The notes beneath the pieces are model-generated. The model saw nothing but the letters and a program-made list of their open reading frames with translations. It was not told the origin of the DNA and did not search any database. Below, one piece after another: positions 17,648 through 26,142 of a DNA stretch of 35,968 nucleotides; within the stretch, counting starts at the first letter, position 1, and the number at the start of each line of letters is the position of its first letter. Location: contig JBDKSP010000082.1 of the NCBI GenBank assembly GCA_039680575.1, positions 1-35,968 on the forward strand. Direction: 5' to 3'. A program made the position numbers and the translations under genes. The DNA is from Armatimonadota bacterium. GTDB lineage: Bacteria; Armatimonadota; UBA5829; DTLH01.

Positions 17648-20600
17648 CTTGCTATAAGCACGGGGCGGATATTCTTAACCATCTCGCCGTCTTCAGTAAC
17701 CGCTTCCAGGTTGAGCAGATACATTCCTGCCGGAACGGTCTCCCCGCTATCGTCTCTTCTGTCCCAGACCATATTATTAATCCCGGACCGGGTAGTCTGT
17801 CCGGAATTGAGCTGTCTTACCAGCCGTCCTCCAGGTGCTTTAATCTCCGCTTTGACCTGTGCAGCGGTAGTCAGGTTGTAGCTGAACGACATGCTCGTTC
17901 CCCTGGTAGGTCCGACAAGCAGATTCGTTATCATAAGCCTTGTAGACGGTGATGAATCTGCTGTTACGGTAAATTGCCTGGTGCTTCCATCGCCTGAATT
18001 GAACCTGTAGCTGGATGTAGTCCTCATAAACCGGCTGGCCCCTGTGGATTGGTCCGTTAAAACCAACCTGCATCTCTTTGGCGCACCGGAAATATCACCC
18101 CACTTGACCACAATATCCTGGTTGGGTTCGGACGGCGTTACGATCATATCCCAGGAGACCTTTGATGCTCCTGCAGCACGGGTATCGACGGCGCATGCAG
18201 TCCCAGCTCCAGCTGCTTTTGCCGTTATATTGACTCCGTTACCATAGGAAGGCGGAGCTTCCGAATCGAATGCGTTGTCGAACCCATCTGTAGCGCCTGC
18301 CGCTACACCCAGAGTCACCCCGCTGGCATCACCATCACCGGAATGAGCCGAAAGGTTTATTGCCCAATCGCTGCTCGATACAATTGATTTTCCCGCGCCT
18401 GTCGATGCTCCTGTCGATGCCGCTCGACTGGCTGCTCGTCCTGGTCCGGAAACTGTCAGAACCACACCGTCAGACACATTGCATTTTATCCAATAGCCCT
18501 CCCAGGGATCGAGAGATGTCGCTGCTGTGTAGCCTGTCCCCGGAGTGTATTTCCATATCGTTTTACCGATGAGGCCTGTTGACCATGCGGTCGAAAATGC
18601 GACCGGGTCGTCGTTTCCTTTCTCAACCATAAGGCTCGAAACTGAAATAGACGAAGTGAAAGGAGTCCCTATCTGGTTCCATCCCGCGGAAAGCCCTATA
18701 CGGTAAGAGCCTGCAGGATCGGGAACATCCCCCGTGACGGTGACAGTAACGGTGCTCGGGAACTTCGCCCAATAAGCCCTTCCAGGTGCAAATGGAGGTG
18801 TCTTCGGATACATTTCGTATTTATAATCCCCACTTAAAAGCGGGTTCCACCTTGCCATGAGAAGGCTGTTCGCAGGGATTACCGGAGAACCGCTTCCGTT
18901 ATCGAGAGCAGATGCCTGATCCTGCGTATACGTTGTCATCGGGAGGGAGATCATCTTTGTCCCGTTAGTAAATGTATGCACCAGTGTCGTACTAGCTGAA
19001 TCAGCATAAAGAAACGCTATATAGTTTCCGGGACCAACGTTTACCGTCTTTGTGATCGGGGTGCCGCCGGTTTGAGTATATGTAATGTTGAGTTTGCTGA
19101 ACCCTAGAACAGATGTCATTGACGATGTGCCGAATGCACCTTTCACTACGCTTGTACTTGCTCCAGTGGCCTCAGCGTCCACCTTCACTACGACAGTTCC
19201 GGTATCCGCGCCGACTACAACACCCTGAAAATTGTTCGGTGATGACGAAGTCCCTGCCAACCCTGCCGGAAAATAGACCCTGGTGGTCTCTGTGCCAAGT
19301 GTGTAATCGATTGCTATACGCTGAGCGCCGCCCAACGTACCGACATAGAATGTCGGTTCGTAAGAACCTTCTCCATTGGTTATATCGACCGTCTCATACT
19401 GGCCTGACAGGAACAGGTCGGTCGTATAAATATAATCCCAGTATACGGGATATACCGTCCCTGCGAGCGGGGTTTCATCCCCCGTGGAGGTAGTATTGTA
19501 ATAGACAAGGACCGTAGGCAGGGAATAGCCTTCGGTGTCCGGGTCATCAGGCGTATCCGGCGGAAAAGTAAACACATAGAGTTTCTTGCCGATGGAAACG
19601 CTCGTATCGAATATGTACTGCTTACTGAACCAGTCGTCAAACGACTGACCTTCTACTGTTGACGTTATTGAGGATGCGATCCCCTTAAGTGCGGGTACAT
19701 TTCCTGCAACCCCCGAACTACCGGACAACTGCAGGTAGTATTCTTCGTTGAAAAGCTTGAAGAACGATTGTCCGTCAGTCCTCAGCCGCTCCGTGTAGAC
19801 CTTGAGCCATGCCGTGGACGACATCCCCAGCCTCGGGATTATCATACCTCCAAACATATCCCCACCCTGCAGGGAATCAGTCCAGGATGTAAGGAATTTG
19901 TTGTTTGAAAGAGCCGGCTGGTTGAGCATCTCATAATTAGTCATCAGGTAGTAAAAAGCATCACCAAGGCTTCGTCCGACGAAATCCATTTGTTTCAGGT
20001 TGCTCGATGTGTCTTGAGCAATCTTTTTGTCTATCTCCTCACCTGCCACAACAGCCGCGGCCCGTGTGAAACCTTCCTCCCAGGCATCATAGCTGAATGC
20101 AACCGTATCGTGGAAGGCATGGATCATCATATGAAGGAGACTCCGCTCAAGACTGACGTTACTGGAGTATCGCCACAGCTTAATCTGCGGCTGAACCCCG
20201 CTTCCGGTGATGTATACACCGCCCAAAAGTGAGTCTTTCTCCGTTTGAGTCGTGTCATTTATCACCTGCACGGTTATCGTCCTTGCGGGACTGCCGTAGA
20301 TCTGGACAAGGATCGGGTAAGCGATCTGAACGAACGACTTCAGCAGTGTTTCATCAGCCGCGCTCCACCCTGAATAAGTAAAAGTGATCGTACCGCCGCC
20401 ATAAGTTTGTTCAGCACGTGTCGGTGACTCGAAACTACCGTTCGACCGGACCAGGACAGTGGTATACAGCATAGGATCTACATCAGGCTGTATCATTCCC
20501 GCTTTTCGCAGCATCGCTATCTGCCTGGACATACCTGTTGCGGCAGCTCTCGTCTTTCCGGCGATAGCTTTTGCCACTGCCGAATCCACTTCAGCAGTGT

Positions 20601-20763
20601 CGTTCGGGTTTGTAACATCGACCACGACGGCATTCTGCGGCCCATTCGATATAGTGGCAAACGGCGTATTCGATACATTGTAATAGTCAGCGCCGATTGC
20701 AGCCCGGCAGAGTATAGATAAGGCAAAAACGGCAGTTATAGCTGTTATATTTCTAAAATTCAT
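17644..20763 (-). CDS. Large secreted protein: zincin-like N-domain (HMMIH), beta-rich middle, C-terminal FlgD-Ig-like domain
   Basis: Signal peptide; LLHMMIHAFH...AWEEGF; GWNQIGTPF; GATDGFD; C-terminal GRLVRQL...G.N..VWD.RDDSG..VPAG.Y. Confidence 0.85.
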   Translation of the reverse strand: MNFRNITAITAVFALSILCRAAIGADYYNVSNTPFATISNGPQNAVVVDVTNPNDTAEVDSAVAKAIAGKTRAAATGMSRQIAMLRKAGMIQPDVDPMLYTTVLVRSNGSFESPTRAEQTYGGGTITFTYSGWSAADETLLKSFVQIAYPILVQIYGSPARTITVQVINDTTQTEKDSLLGGVYITGSGVQPQIKLWRYSSNVSLERSLLHMMIHAFHDTVAFSYDAWEEGFTRAAAVVAGEEIDKKIAQDTSSNLKQMDFVGRSLGDAFYYLMTNYEMLNQPALSNNKFLTSWTDSLQGGDMFGGMIIPRLGMSSTAWLKVYTERLRTDGQSFFKLFNEEYYLQLSGSSGVAGNVPALKGIASSITSTVEGQSFDDWFSKQYIFDTSVSIGKKLYVFTFPPDTPDDPDTEGYSLPTVLVYYNTTSTGDETPLAGTVYPVYWDYIYTTDLFLSGQYETVDITNGEGSYEPTFYVGTLGGAQRIAIDYTLGTETTRVYFPAGLAGTSSSPNNFQGVVVGADTGTVVVKVDAEATGASTSVVKGAFGTSSMTSVLGFSKLNITYTQTGGTPITKTVNVGPGNYIAFLYADSASTTLVHTFTNGTKMISLPMTTYTQDQASALDNGSGSPVIPANSLLMARWNPLLSGDYKYEMYPKTPPFAPGRAYWAKFPSTVTVTVTGDVPDPAGSYRIGLSAGWNQIGTPFTSSISVSSLMVEKGNDDPVAFSTAWSTGLIGKTIWKYTPGTGYTAATSLDPWEGYWIKCNVSDGVVLTVSGPGRAASRAASTGASTGAGKSIVSSSDWAINLSAHSGDGDASGVTLGVAAGATDGFDNAFDSEAPPSYGNGVNITAKAAGAGTACAVDTRAAGASKVSWDMIVTPSEPNQDIVVKWGDISGAPKRCRLVLTDQSTGASRFMRTTSSYRFNSGDGSTRQFTVTADSSPSTRLMITNLLVGPTRGTSMSFSYNLTTAAQVKAEIKAPGGRLVRQLNSGQTTRSGINNMVWDRRDDSGETVPAGMYLLNLEAVTEDGEMVKNIRPVLIAR

Positions 20764-20809
20764 TTTTACTCCCGTTACTAATTACGGTAGAGCTGTGTTC
20801 GACGTTTCG

Positions 20810-22360
20810 CTATTGTTTTGTGAACGAACGCAGCTCGGATATGGCAAATGCGTCTCCCTGGTCGAAATCAGTTTTGTCTGAAGACATTACAACCCAGTAA
20901 TACGTTTGGCCTTTTACCAGTGAGAAGTCCGAGTCAGAGAAAGTTACCGATGTTCCTGTTACTACGTCCGATTCACCCCACACGGGAAGATGATCCGGCC
21001 TTTGCGCGTCGCCCTGCGGAGTGAAGAGTGAATCCAGTATCGGATAACCTTCATAAATGAATACCTTATAGCTGCGTGCGCCGCTCAATGACACCCAGGT
21101 AAATGTCGGGGTGGCTGTGCTGACTTTGGCTTTATCAGGCGGGGACTGTACCGTCAATTTTCCGAGCGGTGTGACCGATGCCGGATAGCTCATATCACTC
21201 TCCGCATCAGGATTGAAATTGTCATTGGCATCCAGATAACTGGTGCTTACGGAAGTAACACCATACCAGTACGTCATACCTGCTGTAAGGCTCGAACTAG
21301 TATCGGAGTATGTGACGATAGCCGGGTCACGCACAAAATCCAGTAAATAATTGTCCGTTGTATCTATATTCGATGTCTGAGCTCTGTAAATAGAGAATCC
21401 TGCCAGGTTCGAGGGAATATCTATCCCGTATTGGCCGTTCCAGATGGAATACCAGACTACATCGTTCTCTATCAGCGTGCCTGAAGGCGGAGACCTTCTT
21501 GCGGTCTTATTTTTAAGCGCGACCGCTTTACTGCTTCTTTCAGAAATGCAGGATTTCAAGGCATCGTATGCGCTCATCTCCGCGCGGGACGTGATGCTCG
21601 TCGGAAGCGTATAGGATATGACATAGATCGCGCCTTCACTCGTCCAACCCGTCGGTGTAGGCGGCGTTATCTCGTCAGAAGCTTCCAGCTTGAAGTTCAA
21701 CGTCGTCACCATATCCGCGCCTACTGTCGCCGTCTTTGTAACATTCTCGAACCCGCCAGGCTGGCCGGACTTACCCGCGAAAGAAGCGATAACATCATAT
21801 ACGAGTTCTTCTTTTTTACCGTCTACCGTAATACTTGAAGGTAGATTGTCTATGACATACGCTCCGTCTTTGTCGGTTATTGCGACCTTGCTTATGACCG
21901 AAGCTTCATTTGCGGCCTTATCCTGAGGATAACGAGCCACGGCTATTACTCGCACACTAGACAGAGGATCGTTTCCGGTGTCTGTTACGGCTCCCTTAAT
22001 ATCGCCAAGCTCATCCCAGGGTCCGATGACGATGTTCATGTTCTGAGTCGGGCCATCCGCATACACATCGACCGCGCGTGTGCCCGTCCATTCTTTCCCG
22101 TCTATGACTGCAGACGCTTCTACATTGACTTCGCCAGACGATAAGCCGGTAACCTTATATGCCCCGTTCATCAACGATTTAGTCGCATCCCGGCCATCTA
22201 TACTTATCGTTGCGCCCGGTATATAGTTGCCTGCGACATCCGTTACAGACCCCGAAAGGCTGATTTCCTTGTTCCCTCCGCTGCCGCCGCAGCCGGAGAG
22301 AAACAGTGCAACTACCGTAAAAAGAATAATAGGCAGAAGAATCCGTTTCATCACCTTCAC
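20810..22360 (-). CDS. Lipoprotein with two carboxypeptidase-regulatory-like domains and FN3/Ig-like domains
   Basis: Lipobox FLSGC; LSGSVTD..G..IPGATI; IKGAVTD....PLS.V.V; LAGFSIYR, TYWYGVTSV, PTFTW, TYYWVV. Confidence 0.85.
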   Translation of the reverse strand: MKVMKRILLPIILFTVVALFLSGCGGSGGNKEISLSGSVTDVAGNYIPGATISIDGRDATKSLMNGAYKVTGLSSGEVNVEASAVIDGKEWTGTRAVDVYADGPTQNMNIVIGPWDELGDIKGAVTDTGNDPLSSVRVIAVARYPQDKAANEASVISKVAITDKDGAYVIDNLPSSITVDGKKEELVYDVIASFAGKSGQPGGFENVTKTATVGADMVTTLNFKLEASDEITPPTPTGWTSEGAIYVISYTLPTSITSRAEMSAYDALKSCISERSSKAVALKNKTARRSPPSGTLIENDVVWYSIWNGQYGIDIPSNLAGFSIYRAQTSNIDTTDNYLLDFVRDPAIVTYSDTSSSLTAGMTYWYGVTSVSTSYLDANDNFNPDAESDMSYPASVTPLGKLTVQSPPDKAKVSTATPTFTWVSLSGARSYKVFIYEGYPILDSLFTPQGDAQRPDHLPVWGESDVVTGTSVTFSDSDFSLVKGQTYYWVVMSSDKTDFDQGDAFAISELRSFTKQ

Positions 22361-22430
22361 CGCTTTTCATAAATGTGTATTTTGCAGATGGCCTCTATAA
22401 CTGACGGCCTATAAATAAACGACGTGAATA

Positions 22431-24998
22431 TTACCTGAACCTTGCCCCGATCTGAGCATTCAGCATGTTTGCGCGATAGTTATTTGCGTCATTTTTGCTA
22501 TCTTTATAATCGATTATCCGCCAGTCCACCTTAAGTCCGAGGATCGAATTGAGCGGATACTCTACACCGAAAGCGAGGACGTTCTTCTTATTGCAGGTTA
22601 TCCCTGCCGTAGAGGAGTTCATATATTCAGTGAAAAGATAGCGGCCGCCGCCGATCTCTCTTCGCAGATTGGCGCTTATACTCTTAAGATCGACTGTGCT
22701 GTTCTGGTATTCATAAAGCGAATCATCCGTTGACGAACTGCTCAACCTCGTTCCTGACAGCATCTTTTGATAACTGAGATCGAAAGAGTATCTCTTTACA
22801 GGCCCGACGCTGAGGGTGAGAAAACCGATCCGACTCGTCATATCACCGCTCGATCCGGTATAACTACCGTCTTGTTTGCTGGAATGAGCATAGATCTTCA
22901 ATATTTCCGACGGAGTATACGAAAACCCGAAATCGGTCCCTGAAACGGAGGTATTCGTGCTGTTCTCTCCTTCGGACGACGTATAGTCGAAGCTCGTATT
23001 GAACGAAAAATACTTCGATGGAGTCCAACCCATACTCACCATGCGAGTGGCTGACTTGCTGTAATACGAGTTCACATAAGTGTCGTTTACGTATCCTTCC
23101 GACCCCGATATGATGCTTGAAGTGACGCTGCCTGAGTCCGATATTCTGTAGCTGGCGGACAGGTTCCATGACGTCGAAGGCATGAAAGAGGCTGTTATCT
23201 GGTAATTCTTGGCATCCGAGCTGGAACCGCTGCTGTTTGTGACATTACTCTTCGATACATCCGCTGAGAGAGAAACTCTTTCGCCGGGTGTGTATCTCAA
23301 TCCGAGCCTGGATGTATCTACGGTATTGCTGGTAGAGACAAGCGATTGGTCTGTTGTTGATAGGTATGTATAGTCTCTGTCAGACCTGCTGAGCTCTCCG
23401 TTAAAATTCAGCTTTTTCCTTCCCCAGTTCATGACGATTGAGTCAGTCGAAAGTGAATTTTTCGTGTCGTTCAGGCCGTCGCTGTCCGATCTTGTACGGG
23501 AGAATTTCAACGCCGGTAATTTCTCCGGTTTCCACTCCAAAATGTTCGTTGTCTGTGTCGATAAAGTCGAGAGGCCGCTTGTTGTATCGTCATCGGTACT
23601 GCTCGAATCCGCTCGGTGAAATCTTTCTAATTTAGTGTTCCATGACAATTGGTCGCTGAATTTGTATTTTATGTTGATATTACCGCCCCGTTCGTTTCTG
23701 AAGAAACCCGCGGATTCGACCGGAGAGTAACCGGCGTCTATATCTTTCAGCCCCGCCGAATACTCGACTTTACCGTATTTACCTGATGCTTTCAGTGAAG
23801 ATGCGCTGCCATCTGTCTCCGTAGAATCACCGGAGGACCTGGCAAACTGCCCCGCCAGGGTCAACGCCTCGGACAGTTTCACTTTTGCATCTACACCCAT
23901 CACTTTTCTGTCTCCACTGACCGCATCTTCAGGTTGAGGCACGTATGTGACAAGGATTGTCGAACTCGATAATATAGCTCTCGTAAATAAAATGTAGTGC
24001 TGCGAGTAATCTATGCTGTAATCCGCCGCAACGGACCCAATAGCGACAGGAGATTGCAGCACACCATCTACTTTCACTGTCACACTGCCTGCGAGCGGGA
24101 TATAGAGCAGTTCATACTGGAGTCCCAGGCTGTTGTTGCCATAAAACGACTCCGTGATCTCCTGGTATTTGTCCGAATTACTATCCGCTGATTGAGTCAG
24201 ATACGTAAAACCAACGCCGGCATCCTTTCCGACAGGTACATCCGAGCGAAGCCCATAGATAGTTCCGGCAGTATTATTGTAACCCTGTGTCTCTAGGCTG
24301 ATGCTTATCGTCGAAGTGCTTGCGATTATCAGATCATCACGAAATGTCAGTATTCCCGAAAATGTATCGAGAGTATAGTTGGACAAACCTGTGCTATCTG
24401 AACGTGTTATCTCCCTTTCGTCGATTTTCACTCTCTCACTGCCGTCCACTATCTGCGTAACGCCAAGATAGTACGGACCAGGCGTGTTATTACCGGCGAT
24501 TGTTACCGTTTTTGTCGCTGCCTTAGTCCTGGAGGCAATAGCGGTCATGGAGCATATACCAAAATCCTGGGTAATTGTCGCTCCTTTTAGCTGCTTTGAG
24601 AAGGGGATAAGATCATTTCCTGTAAGCGATGCGGATATATCCCCTATGGCCGCGCGAGTCGGACCTTTGTTGTAGTTTAGCACAACAGATCTGTCGCTTG
24701 GATTCCATCTGTTGTTGGATAGCGCAGCGGTAATCGACATACCTGACCAGATATTACCTGTTATCGTCAGGTTCGTTTCGTTCAGGTAACGGGAGTTGTA
24801 TCCATAGTTGTCATCGGTGAACATATCCTCGCTGCCGTTGACAGAGAGCGACTGCAGAGTATATGTTTTCGTGCCGGACACGGACAGGCCAGTGCCTATT
24901 CGATGCCAGAAAGGATCAGCCCAGGCCGACACAGAAGCGGCAATGAAAACCAGGACCAGAAAGATGATAAAAATACGCTTATTCATAAAATCAGACAA
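22431..24998 (-). CDS. Outer-membrane beta-barrel protein with two SprA-like inserted domains (alternative start 24986)
   Basis: Signal peptide; long run of alternating amphipathic strands; ends AQIGARFR; two I..GS..V..D....(D/N)Y..D.....I.F repeats. Confidence 0.75.
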   Translation of the reverse strand: MSDFMNKRIFIIFLVLVFIAASVSAWADPFWHRIGTGLSVSGTKTYTLQSLSVNGSEDMFTDDNYGYNSRYLNETNLTITGNIWSGMSITAALSNNRWNPSDRSVVLNYNKGPTRAAIGDISASLTGNDLIPFSKQLKGATITQDFGICSMTAIASRTKAATKTVTIAGNNTPGPYYLGVTQIVDGSERVKIDEREITRSDSTGLSNYTLDTFSGILTFRDDLIIASTSTISISLETQGYNNTAGTIYGLRSDVPVGKDAGVGFTYLTQSADSNSDKYQEITESFYGNNSLGLQYELLYIPLAGSVTVKVDGVLQSPVAIGSVAADYSIDYSQHYILFTRAILSSSTILVTYVPQPEDAVSGDRKVMGVDAKVKLSEALTLAGQFARSSGDSTETDGSASSLKASGKYGKVEYSAGLKDIDAGYSPVESAGFFRNERGGNINIKYKFSDQLSWNTKLERFHRADSSSTDDDTTSGLSTLSTQTTNILEWKPEKLPALKFSRTRSDSDGLNDTKNSLSTDSIVMNWGRKKLNFNGELSRSDRDYTYLSTTDQSLVSTSNTVDTSRLGLRYTPGERVSLSADVSKSNVTNSSGSSSDAKNYQITASFMPSTSWNLSASYRISDSGSVTSSIISGSEGYVNDTYVNSYYSKSATRMVSMGWTPSKYFSFNTSFDYTSSEGENSTNTSVSGTDFGFSYTPSEILKIYAHSSKQDGSYTGSSGDMTSRIGFLTLSVGPVKRYSFDLSYQKMLSGTRLSSSSTDDSLYEYQNSTVDLKSISANLRREIGGGRYLFTEYMNSSTAGITCNKKNVLAFGVEYPLNSILGLKVDWRIIDYKDSKNDANNYRANMLNAQIGARFR

Positions 24999-25038
24999 CA
25001 GGTAATATCAGTACTATATTTTGACTTAACAGCTTATG

Positions 25039-26142
25039 CTAATGTTCCTCTTGAGCCGTCAGCCGGCATGCAAGCACTGCATTCTCCATTGCTGCGACAC
25101 GGAGATCGGGAACGAGTTCACCTAGACGTTTGGCGAGGCCGGTCCTTTTGTTCCAGGCGTCCATTATCCGCGAGGTAACAACGGAAGCTGTCAGGTCTTC
25201 AATCTTAATCGACTCATCCTGGCCTGCCACCTGCGCAAAAACCTCAACCTTGGGATCGTAGGAGATTGCAAGAAACGGGATCCCTTCTGATGCCGAGAAA
25301 ATCAGCGAATGAAGCCTCATACCGACGACAAAGGACATCCGCCCTGTTGTACTCATTATCTGAGCGGGTGTGTAATGCCCTGATATGACAAATGACGGCG
25401 CTGTTATCTGCGATGCCACTTGAACACTGATGCTAGTATCCTTTTCACGCTGCATCGGAAGGAATACAAGGACCGCGCCGATCTTTGAGGCAGCGTTCTC
25501 CAGCCCCTGGGAAAGCGCTGGAAGCCAGTTAATGTCGTTTTTCCAGTGCCTAAGCGAGACTCCGATCAAGGGGACACCCTCCGGTACCCCAGTCGCCCTG
25601 AGTATCTCTGTGGCGTCCTCATCCGGCGCAGGCTTCATAGCAAAAGCCGGGTCGGCTGTAATTTTAATATCCGGATGGGTTACACCGATATCCTCCAGGC
25701 AGGATTTCGATGCAGCATCTCGAACAGTGATGAGGTCCACCCTGTTAAGAACCGATTTCACAGCCCGCTTGGCAGGGAAACCAGTCAACGGACCTATCCC
25801 TTGCGCGTAGACCATTACTTTCTTACCTAGCCGTTTCGCAAGCCATATAACACTGAGGTAATAACCAAGCGACCTGGCACTGGTAGTATTTTGCAGAAGG
25901 CTTCCGCCACCCGAAATAAGTAAGTCAACCCCTCTCAATGCAGAGAGAAGCTCGCCTGGCTTCATTCTGTCTGCTGCATGAATACCATGCTGCATTTTGG
26001 TACCTGCCGGGTCCGCAGACAGCGCTAAAAGCTCCGCGCCCGGGCACGCTTGGGCAAAAGATTCGATTATACCTGACAACACGGCCTCATCGCCGGTATT
26101 ACCGAAACCATAATAACCTGATAGTATAATTTTCGTAGCTAC
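25039..26142 (-). CDS. csaB: Polysaccharide pyruvyl transferase CsaB; start codon non-canonical or uncertain
   Basis: KIILSGYYGFGNTGDEA lies in frame upstream of the GTG at 26082; ISGGGSLLQ, AQGIGP, ITVRD, TADPA, GMRLH, SYDPKV. Confidence 0.9.
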   Translation of the reverse strand, partial: VATKIILSGYYGFGNTGDEAVLSGIIESFAQACPGAELLALSADPAGTKMQHGIHAADRMKPGELLSALRGVDLLISGGGSLLQNTTSARSLGYYLSVIWLAKRLGKKVMVYAQGIGPLTGFPAKRAVKSVLNRVDLITVRDAASKSCLEDIGVTHPDIKITADPAFAMKPAPDEDATEILRATGVPEGVPLIGVSLRHWKNDINWLPALSQGLENAASKIGAVLVFLPMQREKDTSISVQVASQITAPSFVISGHYTPAQIMSTTGRMSFVVGMRLHSLIFSASEGIPFLAISYDPKVEVFAQVAGQDESIKIEDLTASVVTSRIMDAWNKRTGLAKRLGELVPDLRVAAMENAVLACRLTAQEEH

